A DNA stretch of 63,892 nucleotides, filler included, from Candidatus Woesearchaeota archaeon (GTDB lineage Archaea; Nanobdellota; Nanobdellia; Woesearchaeales; CG1-02-33-12), in NCBI GenBank assembly GCA_018399355.1. It is 5 parts of 5 records of this genome, joined end to end, with 100 filler letters (N's around TTAATTAATTAA, not from the genome) between each part and the next. Parts side by side here need not be neighbours in the genome. Positions count along the whole stretch, not along the records: positions 14,412 to 28,408 come from JAGYOA010000024.1; 4 more parts are not named here. One strand, 5' to 3'. The notes beneath the pieces are model-generated. The model was not told the DNA's origin, did no database searches, and saw only the letters and a list, made by a program, of their open reading frames with translations. Position 1 is the first letter of the stretch, and each line of letters opens with the position of its first letter. Below are positions 16,773-27,228 of the stretch, one piece after another. Both the position numbers and the translations under genes were made by a program.

Positions 16773-18278
16773 TTGATGGAAAATTCAAAATCAGGGATTT
16801 CTGCTGAAAAACTGTTTAAAGAGGGCCTGGGCATAACCTATGATGATTTTACAATTCTTGACACAATTTTTACTGATATAGACAGAGAAGAAATGAATCT
16901 TGAAACAACATTGGGCAAGGATGTTGTTCTTAAGACACCGATAATAGCTTCACCCATGGACACAGTAACAAATGATGAAATGTGCATCGCAATAGCTCTT
17001 CAGGGAGGGATTGGATGCATTCATTATAATTTTAAGAATCCTGATGGCTCATTAGACATTGATAAGCAGGCAGAGATAGTAAAACAAGTAAAAAGATTTG
17101 AAAACGGCTTTATAGAAAACCCTGTGACTGTTTCTCCAGAACACAAAATATATGAAACAATAAAGATAGGAGAAGAACATAAGGTTGGAAAATCAGCAAT
17201 AGATACTTTTCCTGTTACTGAAAATGGAGAACCACATGGAAAGGTTGTTGGAATTTTAAGAAAACAGGATTACTCAAGGACAAAACATACAAATCTTATG
17301 GTTAAGGAAAGGATGATTCCTCTTGAGAAATTAATAATGGCAGAGTGGCCAATAACTCTTGATGAGGCTAATGATATGCTCTGGGGAAATCATATCCTTT
17401 CATTGCCGGTAGTTGAAAAAAATGGCAGTTTAAAATACCTTGTTACAAGGAGTGACCTAGATAAAAATGAAGAATATCCTCTTTCAACCAAAGATGAAAA
17501 AAAACGACTAAGGGTTTTGTTTGCTGTTGAGACAAGGCCTGAAATTGCATATGAAAGACTGGAAAAATGCTTTAACGCAGGGGCAGACGGTTGTATTATA
17601 GACACAAGCCAGGGCTATACAATGTATGAAAGAGATATGGCAGAATACATCAAGAAAAAATATTCAGATAAATTGATTATAGGAGGGAATATTTCAACTA
17701 AAGAAGCATGCAAAACGCTTGAAAAATTGGGCTTTGATGCATACAGATGCGGACAGGGCTCTGGATCAATATGCACAACAGCCGGCGCAATAGGAATATC
17801 AAGGGCAGGAGCTTCAGCAGTTTATCAATCCACAAAACAAGCCAAAAACATGAAAACAATAGCAGATGGCGGAATAAAACAGGTTGGAGATATAGTCAAG
17901 GCCTTAGCAATTGGAGCTGATGCAGTTATGCTTGGAAACATGCTTGCAGGAACTTCTGAAAGCCCAGGGGATATGATTATTGACCCTCAATCCGGACTTC
18001 CTGTAAAAATTTACAGAGGGATGGGTTCAAAAGAGGCAAATACTGGTGGAATAAGAGGATACTCAAAACTTCCACAGGGAATTTCAGGACAAGTGAGATA
18101 CAAGGGTTCAATACATGAATGGGTTCCTTTAATAAGGGACGGAATTATGTCTGGATTTCATGTCTTGAACTGCAAAAATATAGAGGATATTCAACAGAAG
18201 ATGTATTCAGGCGAAATAAGATTTGAAAAAAGAACAAACAGTTCAGTTACAGAAAGCAACCCTCATAACATAGTTTGA
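16773..18278 (+). CDS. guaB: IMP dehydrogenase with CBS pair
   Basis: [15 protein letters not shown], catalytic loop [20 protein letters not shown]. Confidence 0.92.
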   Translation: MMENSKSGISAEKLFKEGLGITYDDFTILDTIFTDIDREEMNLETTLGKDVVLKTPIIASPMDTVTNDEMCIAIALQGGIGCIHYNFKNPDGSLDIDKQAEIVKQVKRFENGFIENPVTVSPEHKIYETIKIGEEHKVGKSAIDTFPVTENGEPHGKVVGILRKQDYSRTKHTNLMVKERMIPLEKLIMAEWPITLDEANDMLWGNHILSLPVVEKNGSLKYLVTRSDLDKNEEYPLSTKDEKKRLRVLFAVETRPEIAYERLEKCFNAGADGCIIDTSQGYTMYERDMAEYIKKKYSDKLIIGGNISTKEACKTLEKLGFDAYRCGQGSGSICTTAGAIGISRAGASAVYQSTKQAKNMKTIADGGIKQVGDIVKALAIGADAVMLGNMLAGTSESPGDMIIDPQSGLPVKIYRGMGSKEANTGGIRGYSKLPQGISGQVRYKGSIHEWVPLIRDGIMSGFHVLNCKNIEDIQQKMYSGEIRFEKRTNSSVTESNPHNIV

Positions 18279-18289
18279 AAAAGGTTAAT

Positions 18290-19489
18290 ATGAAAAGAAG
18301 AATAGGCACTGTCGCAATAGGAATAAGGGCTCCAATGATAAAAAAAGGAGACAACCTTGTGGATATAGTTGCTGATTCTGTTATTGAAGCGCAAGGCAAA
18401 AATTCATTTAAATTAAAAGACAAGGATGTTATTGGCATAACTGAATCAGTGGTTGCAAAAGCGCAGGGCAACTATGTAACTGTTGACGAAGTTGCCGATG
18501 AAATAAAAAGCAAGTTTCATGGAGAGGTAGGAGTTGTTTTTCCGATATTGAGCAGAAACAGGTTTTCACTTATACTAAAGGCAATAGCAAGAGGATCAAA
18601 GAATGTAAGCATGCTTTTGAAATACCCAGAAGATGAAGTTGGAAATCCTATTATGGACAAAGAGAAACTTTATGCATTAAACATAAATCCTTTTAGTAAT
18701 TCATTAAATGAAGACTATTACTTAAACCATTTTATTGATTTCAAGCACCCTAATACAGGAATTAATTACATTGATTTCTATAGAAAAACAGTTGAAAATG
18801 AAGACTCCGGGTTTTCTGTTTTGCTTTCAAATAATCCTGCAGACATTCTTGATTTAACATACAAAACTCTTGCAGCAGACATACACACAAGAGAGCAAAC
18901 AAAGAGGATACTGAGAAATTCAGGAGCAGAAATAGTTTATGGTTTGGATGATTTATGCAGCAGTCCTTCTGAAGACAAGGGTTATAATGAAAAATACGGC
19001 CTTCTTGGCTCAAACAAAATGAGTGAAGAAGACTTAAAGCTTTTTCCAAGGGAAAAAGATGAAAATGGAAAAGTTTATGTTAATGAAATTCAAAAAAAGA
19101 TAAAAGAAAAAACAGGAAAGAATGTTGAGGTAATGATATACGGTGATGGCGCTTTCAAGGACCCAAATGGAATATGGGAGCTTGCTGACCCTGTTGTTTC
19201 TCCTAGTTTTACCTCTGGACTAAGAGGTTCTCCAAATGAGCTTAAGCTAAAGTATATTTTAGATAATGAATTTAAGGGACTAATTGGAAAAGAATGTGAG
19301 GAAGCAATAAAAAACCGCATAAGACTAAAAGATAATAACCTTATCAGCAGAATGGAGTCACAGGGAACAACCCCCAGAAAGTATGTTGATTTATTGGGTA
19401 GTTTGTGTGACCTTGTAACAGGAAGCGGAGACAAGGCCACCCCTATAGTTTTAATTCAGGGATATTTTGACAACTATTCATGTGAGTAA
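18290..19489 (+). CDS. CofE/F420-0:gamma-glutamyl ligase superfamily protein
   Basis: [59 protein letters not shown] match the CofE-like fold. Alternative TTG start at 18275 overlaps the guaB stop. Confidence 0.78.
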   Translation: MKRRIGTVAIGIRAPMIKKGDNLVDIVADSVIEAQGKNSFKLKDKDVIGITESVVAKAQGNYVTVDEVADEIKSKFHGEVGVVFPILSRNRFSLILKAIARGSKNVSMLLKYPEDEVGNPIMDKEKLYALNINPFSNSLNEDYYLNHFIDFKHPNTGINYIDFYRKTVENEDSGFSVLLSNNPADILDLTYKTLAADIHTREQTKRILRNSGAEIVYGLDDLCSSPSEDKGYNEKYGLLGSNKMSEEDLKLFPREKDENGKVYVNEIQKKIKEKTGKNVEVMIYGDGAFKDPNGIWELADPVVSPSFTSGLRGSPNELKLKYILDNEFKGLIGKECEEAIKNRIRLKDNNLISRMESQGTTPRKYVDLLGSLCDLVTGSGDKATPIVLIQGYFDNYSCE

Positions 19490-19498
19490 GAGGGAAAA

Positions 19499-20413
19499 AT
19501 GAAATCAATTGATGAAAGAATAGAAAATATAAAAAAAGAAGTTGGCGATGAAATTGCAATAAACGCTTTGTCAGGAGGGGTTGATTCTTCTGTTGTGACA
19601 TTTCTTGGCAAGCTTGCTCTTGGAGATAAACTGAAAACATATTTTATTGACACAGGTTTTATGAGGGAGAATGAGCCGAAGGATGTAATAAAAACATTTA
19701 AAAAAATAGGCATAGAAGTAGAACTTTACGATACCAATGATGAGTTTTTTGATGCTGTTAGATTCATAAAAGATGGAGAGGACAAAAGAAAGGTTTTTTC
19801 CAATAAATTCTATGATATTTTCAGCAGGATAATCAAGGAAAACAATGCAAAATATCTCTTGCAGGGAACTATCAAGGCAGACAAAATCATGTTTGATAAG
19901 GGCCAAAGCCAGCATAATATAAAAACCAAATCAGATTATGCCAAACTTGGAATAGAGAGGGTAATTGAACCTCTTTCTGATTTGTACAAAGGGCAGGTGA
20001 GAGAACTTGCAATAGACCTAAATCTTCCAGATGAATTTTACAACAGGCCGCCTTTTCCTGGTCCAGGATTGCTGATAAGGATTCTTGGGGAAGTAACAAG
20101 GGAAAAAATAGGCATTGTAAGAAAAGCACAGAAGATTGTTGAAGAAGAATTAAATGATTATAATCCATCACAATGCCTGGCATGTCTTGCAAATGATACG
20201 GCAACAGGAATGATTGGGAAAAAATCACCTGGAAAATATATGGTATTTGTAAGGGCAGTGAATACAGACAACTTTATGAAAGCCGATATTCTCCTTCCAA
20301 GGAAAAAAACTATTGAAAAGCTTTCAAAAAGAATTACAGGAGAAATACCAAATGTCGCGAGAGTTTTGTATGAAATTACAGGAAAGCCGCCCGGAACAAT
20401 AGAATACATTTAA
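19499..20413 (+). CDS. guaAB: GMP synthase subunit B (ATP pyrophosphatase), no glutaminase domain
   Basis: PP-loop ALSGGVDS, LLQGTI, IEPLSDLYK..VR, PFPGPGL, KPPGTIEY. Confidence 0.9.
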   Translation: MKSIDERIENIKKEVGDEIAINALSGGVDSSVVTFLGKLALGDKLKTYFIDTGFMRENEPKDVIKTFKKIGIEVELYDTNDEFFDAVRFIKDGEDKRKVFSNKFYDIFSRIIKENNAKYLLQGTIKADKIMFDKGQSQHNIKTKSDYAKLGIERVIEPLSDLYKGQVRELAIDLNLPDEFYNRPPFPGPGLLIRILGEVTREKIGIVRKAQKIVEEELNDYNPSQCLACLANDTATGMIGKKSPGKYMVFVRAVNTDNFMKADILLPRKKTIEKLSKRITGEIPNVARVLYEITGKPPGTIEYI

Positions 20414-20863
20414 TCAGATTCTTTTCATTATTTCTTTTTCACTGGTTTTTTCAACAGTGTCAAACATGCTTTTGAGGCCCTGCTTAAAAGAATCATCATC
20501 GCATATCTTGTTATGGATATAAGGTGAGATAAACCACTTTGTTTCAAGCTCTGAGTATGGATTTATAAAGAAAAATGTAAGATTCTCAAACTTTACCAGT
20601 TTTTTCCAGTTGTCTATTAAAAAATTAAAGTTTTCCTTGGAGTTAAGGGTTATTACACTGGTTATTTTAGTATCTAATTCCTGAATTAGAGATTCTTCAA
20701 GAGAGGGTTTTAAAACAAAAAGCTGCTCTTTGTCTTTGTACTTTACGGTTAAGCTATTTCCATTATCATTTATTTCAATCAATGTTCTGAGCATTATATC
20801 CCTGTGCTTAATATAATTAACAGCCCATTCCTTAATAACATTAACAACCTCTTTTTCTGCCAT
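20414..20863 (-). CDS. Hypothetical protein
   Basis: Clean ORF with protein-like composition (NWKKL, FFINP, KWFISPYIHNKI). Start placed at MAEK. Confidence 0.65.
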   Translation of the reverse strand: MAEKEVVNVIKEWAVNYIKHRDIMLRTLIEINDNGNSLTVKYKDKEQLFVLKPSLEESLIQELDTKITSVITLNSKENFNFLIDNWKKLVKFENLTFFFINPYSELETKWFISPYIHNKICDDDSFKQGLKSMFDTVEKTSEKEIMKRI

Positions 20864-20948
20864 AATAAACAAATATGTTAAACTTTTAGTTTATATTCTT
20901 TTTGGAAAAATCAGAAAATTTAAATATTAAGATAGCAAAGATAAAAGT

Positions 20949-21167
20949 ATGGAAACAGTAGATATTTTTATGCTGTTGCTTAAGGTTTTCTTTTTAGTGG
21001 TATTTGTCTTGTTCTGGGTTTTGCTTTATAAGGCATCAAAAGCCAATGCAATAAAGGGCCACAAAGACAAACTGATATTGATATTTCTTTTTATATTCAC
21101 AGGGATAATAGGGGCGGTGATATTCCTTACTTACCGTTTAAAAAAACAAAGAGATTCTGAAAAATAA
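20949..21167 (+). CDS. Small two-TM membrane protein
   Basis: Two hydrophobic helices and a basic tail. TTTAAATA box upstream. Confidence 0.6.
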   Translation: METVDIFMLLLKVFFLVVFVLFWVLLYKASKANAIKGHKDKLILIFLFIFTGIIGAVIFLTYRLKKQRDSEK

Positions 21168-21225
21168 GTTTTATGAGAATATTAAAAACTATAAATTTTT
21201 ATATTAAGGTTTATTGCTTTTTAAT

Positions 21226-22446
21226 ATGAAATTCGCTCACATGGCCGACTGCCACATAGGATCATGGAATGATGCAAAGCTTAGGGATGCAAATGCAAAG
21301 GCTTTTCTAAAGGCAGTTGATATATGCATTGAAAAACAGGTTGATTTTGTTTTAATAGCCGGTGATTTATTTAACACAGCACTGCCAAACATAGATTCAT
21401 TAAAAATGGTTGTGATAGAACTCAAAAAGCTTAATGATAATAATATTAAGATTTACACAATTCCCGGCTCCCATGACTTTTCACCAAGCGGAAAAACAAT
21501 AATGGATGTTCTTGAAAACGCAGGGCTTATAACAAATGTGATGAAGGGAAAACAAATAGATGAAAAACTGAATCTTGAGTTTACTGTAGATGAAAAAACA
21601 AATGCAAAGATAACTGGTATTTACGGAAGAAAGGGAATGCTTGATAAAAGCCAATATGGTTCATTGGTGAGAAAATCAATAGAAGAGGAAGATGGATTTA
21701 AGATATTTATGTTTCACACCGCATTGACAGAATTCAAGCCGGAAGAGCTGGAACCAATGGATTCACAATCTGTTTCAATACTGCCAAAGAATTTTGATTA
21801 TTATGCAGGAGGCCATGTTCACTATATCTTCACCAAAAAAGAAGAGGGATACGGCACAATATCTTATCCTGGGCCTTTATTCCCCAATAATTTTAGTGAG
21901 ATAGAGAAGATTGAGAATGGAGGATTTTATATTGTTGAGAAAATTCAGGATGAATTAAGACTGGAATATCAGCCAATTATTATCTACAATGTTTTTTCAT
22001 TGAAAATTGATTGTGATAAAAAAACACCTGAGCAGATTAAAACAATAATACAGGAAAAAATAGAGGGCAAGGAGTTCATAAACACAATAGTTGCATTAAG
22101 ACTTTTTGGCACTCTTGATTCAGGAAAATGTTTTGATATAAATTTAAAGAGCCTCTTAGACAAAATTTATGACCAGGGCGCTCATTTTGTTATGAAAAAT
22201 ACTTCTGCTCTTAAAACAAAGGAAATGGATGAGATAGAGGTAAGCAACAAATCAGTTGAAGAAACAGAGAAGATTCTTATAGAGGATAGCATTGGCAAGA
22301 TCAAAGTGGAAAACCTTAATGATGAGAAATCCCTTATAGAAAATCTTATGAATATTCTAAGCATGGAGAAAGAAGACGGTGAAAAGGTTGCTGATTATCA
22401 AAAAAGAATAAAGGATCAACTCAATAAGGTTGTTGATTTTGGTTAG
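21226..22446 (+). CDS. mre11: Mre11/SbcD DNA repair nuclease
   Basis: MKFAHMADCHIG, AGDLF, PGSHD, MFH, YAGGHVH, YPG. Confidence 0.9.
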   Translation: MKFAHMADCHIGSWNDAKLRDANAKAFLKAVDICIEKQVDFVLIAGDLFNTALPNIDSLKMVVIELKKLNDNNIKIYTIPGSHDFSPSGKTIMDVLENAGLITNVMKGKQIDEKLNLEFTVDEKTNAKITGIYGRKGMLDKSQYGSLVRKSIEEEDGFKIFMFHTALTEFKPEELEPMDSQSVSILPKNFDYYAGGHVHYIFTKKEEGYGTISYPGPLFPNNFSEIEKIENGGFYIVEKIQDELRLEYQPIIIYNVFSLKIDCDKKTPEQIKTIIQEKIEGKEFINTIVALRLFGTLDSGKCFDINLKSLLDKIYDQGAHFVMKNTSALKTKEMDEIEVSNKSVEETEKILIEDSIGKIKVENLNDEKSLIENLMNILSMEKEDGEKVADYQKRIKDQLNKVVDFG

Positions 22447-22747
22447 TTTTATATTGCTCTTGTTTTTTGTTTAATGCTTTGATTTCAACTGCCTTTTCTA
22501 CCCTTAATATATGTTCTAAATTAGCTAATTCTTGGACTTTTTCAGTGATATAATCCCCTTTTTTTTCAATATATTCTGGAATGTAAAGCTTAAGACAGTA
22601 AGTGTCTATTAATTCAATTTCCCTTTTTATCTCAAAGCCCATTTCTTTTATTTTGCTGGTTAGCTGGTCATCATTAAAAAAGTTTTTTTCAACCTTTGCA
22701 TTATAGGTATTTTCAATTGAATTTTCAAGATTTTTGTTTTCTTGCAT
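22421..22747 (-). CDS. Small protein resembling a subtilisin propeptide / Inhibitor I9 domain
   Basis: IKEMGFEIKREIELIDTYCLKL...VQELANLEHILRVEKAVEIKA. ATG lies 1 nt after the protease stop (TAA-A-ATG). Confidence 0.5.
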   Translation of the reverse strand: MQENKNLENSIENTYNAKVEKNFFNDDQLTSKIKEMGFEIKREIELIDTYCLKLYIPEYIEKKGDYITEKVQELANLEHILRVEKAVEIKALNKKQEQYKTNQNQQPY

Positions 22748-22748
22748 T

Positions 22749-24059
22749 TTAGTAGAGTATCCTCCATGCTGTTTTTGCGACATTTTTTATTGTTGATTTA
22801 TAGCTTTTAATGTTTTTTAATCTTTGTATTCTTCCTTTTAAAGAAAAGTTGTCCACCATGATGTCTGTTCTTAAAAGCCCTGAGCCAAACACCCACCTGT
22901 AATCATACTCTCCGTTGTATGGGATCTTTTCAGCAGCTTCATGCATTATCTCCTCGGCAAGGTTTGGCTTGTTGGATTTTGCCATTAAGAGACCAAGCCC
23001 TCCTGCAACATGAGGCGTTGCCATGGATGTTCCGCTTAAAACAGTGTATCCTCCTCCTAGAAGAGAAGAGTATATTCCTACTCCTGGTGCAGAAATATCA
23101 TTTGTTTCCCATATTGTGCTGAAATAGGCATGTTTTTTCTCTGAGTCAACGGCTGCAACTGCTATCACATAATCTCCAAATGCTGCGGGATATTCTGCAT
23201 CAACACCTCCAGTGTTTCCTGCAGCAGCAACAAGAAGCAATCCGTTTTGCGATGCTATTCTGCATATTTCTTCGAGGGCAGATGATGCGCCTGGGCCGCC
23301 AAGGCTCATGTTTGCAACATGCATATTATTTGTTACTGCCCATTCTATTGCTGCTGCAACATCTGCATCAGTCCCAGAACCGTACTCATTAAGAACCCTT
23401 AATGAATAAAGCGTTGCGTCAGGAGCTACTCCACAGCTTTTTCCTGCAGCAGTTCCTGCTACGTGCGTTCCGTGGCCTTCCTTATCCATAGGGTTATTGC
23501 TGTTTTCTACAAAATCATAGCCTTTGTTATATGTGAAATTTTTTCTTAGCTCATCATGATTGTAATCAACGCCTGTATCAATTATTGCAATCTTTGCATT
23601 ATTTCCTCTTGAATTTGAATGTGCTTTATATGCGCCTATCATTTCAAGGTTCCACAAATCACTTTTTGTGTTTCTGTAAGTTCCGGATATAATCTTTGTT
23701 GGAATTGCGGAAAACTTTCCTGACAAATCAACAGATTTTGCAGCATTTAAACTATATCTAAAGCTTTTTTCAAAAATTCTACTGGTTTGTTTTCTGTTTA
23801 TTTTGTTGAATATCTGCTCTGCATCGTCTGCCATGCATACTAAGCTTATGTAGGGTATTTTTTGGAAGACATGTGTTATCTTGCCGAGGCTTTGCATCTG
23901 CTTTGCAACTTTTTCTTTTACTTTTTTATTGTCTTCTGTCTTTATTATTATCTCAAGAGGCTCATTTGTTCTCTTATTATCAAGTATCTTGTTTAACAAT
24001 ACTTCTTTTCTTTGTACTCTTAAGTTTTTTCTGTATTTCTTTAAATCTTTCTGGTTCAT
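22749..24059 (-). CDS. Subtilisin-like S8 serine protease, no signal peptide
   Basis: Triad motifs IIDTG, GHGTHVAG, SGTSMATPHVAG; NMSLG, AAAGN; highly basic N-terminus followed by a propeptide. Confidence 0.93.
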   Translation of the reverse strand: MNQKDLKKYRKNLRVQRKEVLLNKILDNKRTNEPLEIIIKTEDNKKVKEKVAKQMQSLGKITHVFQKIPYISLVCMADDAEQIFNKINRKQTSRIFEKSFRYSLNAAKSVDLSGKFSAIPTKIISGTYRNTKSDLWNLEMIGAYKAHSNSRGNNAKIAIIDTGVDYNHDELRKNFTYNKGYDFVENSNNPMDKEGHGTHVAGTAAGKSCGVAPDATLYSLRVLNEYGSGTDADVAAAIEWAVTNNMHVANMSLGGPGASSALEEICRIASQNGLLLVAAAGNTGGVDAEYPAAFGDYVIAVAAVDSEKKHAYFSTIWETNDISAPGVGIYSSLLGGGYTVLSGTSMATPHVAGGLGLLMAKSNKPNLAEEIMHEAAEKIPYNGEYDYRWVFGSGLLRTDIMVDNFSLKGRIQRLKNIKSYKSTIKNVAKTAWRILY

Positions 24060-24202
24060 GTATTATAATAAGAAATCATTCTTAATAACCTTTTATGAAT
24101 TTTTTTCGGAAGATTTTTGTATTTTGCAAATATCTTTTATATAACCAAAGGATATCTTTAACAACCAAAATCTTAATAAACATACATAACTTCTTTATTC
24201 TC

Positions 24203-25399
24203 ATGATTCCATGGACAAAAAAATACCAGCCAGAGAAAATTTCAGATGTTAAAGGCCAAGAAAAAGCCATATCACAACTAAAAAACCTAATATTAAAAGG
24301 CAAAAGCACAGTTATTTTGTATGGTCCGCCAGGAACTGGAAAAACATCTTCTGTTTATGCAATTGCAAATGAATTAAATTATGAGATCTTTGAATTAAAT
24401 GCATCTGATTTCAGGAATAAAGACATGATTAACTCAAAAATAGGCTCTGCTATCAATCAAAGAAGCCTTTTCTCAGAAAACAAGATAATTCTTATTGACG
24501 AAATAGACGGACTATCAGGAATGAAAGACCGCGGCGGAGTTTCAGCGCTTGCAAAGCTGGTTGAAAAAAGCATCTTTCCTGTTGTTATGACAGCAACAAA
24601 CCCTTACGAGCAAAAGCTTAACCCTATAAGAAAAAAATCAGAATTAGTTGAATTCAAAACTCTTAACTACCTTTCTGTTTTCTCTGTTTTAAGAATTATT
24701 GCAGAAAAAGAAAAAATAAAATTTCAAGAAAATGCGTTAAAATCCTTGTCAAGGCATTCCGCAGGAGACTTAAGGTCTGCAATAAATGATTTCCAAACCA
24801 TTACAGATGAAAAAAAAGAGCTTTTAGATGAAAGCATAAAAGAGCTCTCAGAAAGAAGAAAAACAGAAAGCATGATAAGCGCATTAATCAAGGTTTTCAA
24901 GACAACAGACATCAATATAGCCTTAAATGCATTTGAAAATGTTGATGAGGATTTTGACAAAAGGTTATTATGGCTTGACCAAAATCTTCCTTTAGAATAT
25001 CAAAAGCAGGAAGATTTAGCAAGGGCGTATGATTATTTGTCAAAGTCAGATGTTTTTAAAGGCAGGATAAGGAGATGGCAGCACTGGCGCTTTCTTGTTT
25101 ACATGAATATTTTTATGACAGCAGGAATAGCTGTTTCAAAAGATGAAAAATACCCTGGATTTACATCATACAAACCCACAACAAGGATCTTAAAGCTTTG
25201 GAGAGCAAAGATGAAATACCAGAAAAGAAAAGTCATAGCAGAGAAAATAGCTGAGAAAACACATACATCATCAAGAAGAGCATTGCAGGATACTCTGCCC
25301 TATATTTCTTTTATATTCAAGAACAACAAAAAACAGGCAGAACAGCTCACTGAAACATTTCAATTCAACAAAGAGGAAGCAGACTGGCTGAAAAAATGA
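24203..25399 (+). CDS. rfcL: Replication factor C large subunit
   Basis: MIPWTKKYQP, GPPGTGKT, ELNASDFR, IDEID, GDLRSAIND, KSDVFKGRI. Confidence 0.92.
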   Translation: MIPWTKKYQPEKISDVKGQEKAISQLKNLILKGKSTVILYGPPGTGKTSSVYAIANELNYEIFELNASDFRNKDMINSKIGSAINQRSLFSENKIILIDEIDGLSGMKDRGGVSALAKLVEKSIFPVVMTATNPYEQKLNPIRKKSELVEFKTLNYLSVFSVLRIIAEKEKIKFQENALKSLSRHSAGDLRSAINDFQTITDEKKELLDESIKELSERRKTESMISALIKVFKTTDINIALNAFENVDEDFDKRLLWLDQNLPLEYQKQEDLARAYDYLSKSDVFKGRIRRWQHWRFLVYMNIFMTAGIAVSKDEKYPGFTSYKPTTRILKLWRAKMKYQKRKVIAEKIAEKTHTSSRRALQDTLPYISFIFKNNKKQAEQLTETFQFNKEEADWLKK

Positions 25400-25405
25400 T
25401 TCAAA

Positions 25406-25738
25406 ATGGATATCTCAAGAATTGTTTATGATTATTTTTTTGCAAACAAGGAAGAGCTGGAATACAGCGCTTTCAAGTTGAGAGAGCCAAAGGCTTATTA
25501 TGATCCATTTGTGGAATCAGACCATTTCATAAAAGCAGGCATCCCTTTTTTAACAGGACTATCCTTGATGGTATATATTTCTCTTTCGAGCCTGCCATTT
25601 TCAGCAAAGGTTATTTCAGAAACACTTTTGGTTGGAGACATCTTTTCCAGAGAAAAAGGAATTAAGGAAACAAACACATACTGCTATGGACTTATAGGAA
25701 GAACAAGAGATTTATATAAAAAGATTATAAAAAAATAA
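25406..25738 (+). CDS. Hypothetical membrane protein
   Basis: ORF just after rfcL with one hydrophobic segment. Confidence 0.5.
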   Translation: MDISRIVYDYFFANKEELEYSAFKLREPKAYYDPFVESDHFIKAGIPFLTGLSLMVYISLSSLPFSAKVISETLLVGDIFSREKGIKETNTYCYGLIGRTRDLYKKIIKK

Positions 25739-25740
25739 CC

Positions 25741-27129
25741 TTATTGTTTTTTCCTGCGTACAGGAAACTTGATTTTAAAAGAAGGCTTTTTGATATTTCC
25801 ATTTATTCTTTTAAAGGCCATTATGCTTGTGACCATGGCACTTGAAGGCCTTGTTGTGAGCGCTTTCATAAGCAATTTTCTGCTTGATATCTCTTCAACA
25901 ATCCTGACTTCCTTTAGCTTTCTGAGGAAGATAAATGAGGCAGCATACCTCATAACAAAGCTTATTATAAAAACAAGGTGATAGCTTGACCAAAAAAGAG
26001 AGTTATATTTTACAATAAATCCGCCGAGTATTGCGGCAACAAATATAGAAAATCCAGTAAGTACATTGTAGTAAGCAACACAGGTTGCTCTTTTTTCCCT
26101 TTTTGTTGTGTCAAATATAAAATTAAAAGAGGCTATTTCAAAGCCTGCCCATGAAAACCCGGCAAAGACCTGAACAAGAATAAGATATTTTACACTTGTT
26201 GAAAAAATCCATAAAAGAGGTATGGCAGGCATTAAAAATCCTGCCAGCACAAGAACTTTTTTTGTTCCGTATGTATCAGCTAATTTTCCCCAAACAGGCA
26301 TCATTGCAAATTTTGTAATCATAGCAACGGCAGTTATTAATGTAAATGTAGCATAATTAAGATTGAGGTCATAAAGCATATATGGGGTGAAAAAAGGAGC
26401 TGAAAGATAAACACCAAAATTCATTAAACTTAGGTAGATTACAAAAAGACCATAGTTTCTGAATCTTGCCTGCTTTAAAAACTGCATAAAACTGAAGTTT
26501 GCATTCGGAGCAAATTCATACTCGGGCTCATACTGCTTTATCAGATAAAAAAAAGAAGTCATTCTTGAAATGAATGCAAGAAAGAATATCACACAGAACC
26601 CTATATACACCATAGAATTTCCTGTTGAAAATTTTTGAAGTATATATCCTGCTAAGAGTAGAGATAAAAATGATGTAAGGTTTCCGATTTTATTTCTGTT
26701 GCCAAAATAATCTCCCCTATTTTCATCTCCAACAAGGTCCCCCATCCAGCTGCTCCATGCAGGGTTTCCTATAACTCCAAACATCCAGTAAAGGCATACA
26801 AAAATTATTAAGATTGGCACACTAAAACTGCCGAAGAAAAAAACAAGGGCAATTGGTATGTACATTAGAGCCTGCATAAATGAACTTGTACAGACCAATC
26901 TTTTTCTTGTTTTAAATATTTTAAGAAGCTTGTTTGAGAAAAGCTGGAAAAATGAACCAAACAACTTTGGCAGAGAACTTAAGAGCCCAAGCTGGACATT
27001 TGTTGCCTTTAAAAAAACAGCAAAGGCTGCAAGAAAAGACTCTCCAAATCCGACCATCATCCAGTAGAATGCACCGTCAAAAATAGAATACCTAAGACTC
27101 TTTTTTATTTTTTCCTGCTTTTCTTCCAT
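25741..27129 (-). CDS. MFS transporter
   Basis: About 12 TM segments; PAWSSWMGDLV..RGDYFG, WGKLADTYGTK. Confidence 0.88.
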   Translation of the reverse strand: MEEKQEKIKKSLRYSIFDGAFYWMMVGFGESFLAAFAVFLKATNVQLGLLSSLPKLFGSFFQLFSNKLLKIFKTRKRLVCTSSFMQALMYIPIALVFFFGSFSVPILIIFVCLYWMFGVIGNPAWSSWMGDLVGDENRGDYFGNRNKIGNLTSFLSLLLAGYILQKFSTGNSMVYIGFCVIFFLAFISRMTSFFYLIKQYEPEYEFAPNANFSFMQFLKQARFRNYGLFVIYLSLMNFGVYLSAPFFTPYMLYDLNLNYATFTLITAVAMITKFAMMPVWGKLADTYGTKKVLVLAGFLMPAIPLLWIFSTSVKYLILVQVFAGFSWAGFEIASFNFIFDTTKREKRATCVAYYNVLTGFSIFVAAILGGFIVKYNSLFWSSYHLVFIISFVMRYAASFIFLRKLKEVRIVEEISSRKLLMKALTTRPSSAMVTSIMAFKRINGNIKKPSFKIKFPVRRKKQ

Positions 27130-27228
27130 CAGCGGCCGTTGTTCTCAATTCATTTTTAAATCTTTTTATTTTAAAATAATTAAGATGAGAAACAGTACAA
27201 CTTTCAGAAAAGCAGTTAAGGTGTTTTT

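Noticed and set aside
18290..19489. Evidence for F420 biosynthesis or methanogenesis
   Set aside because: Only a CofE-fold homologue in a purine context; no other cof genes in the window.
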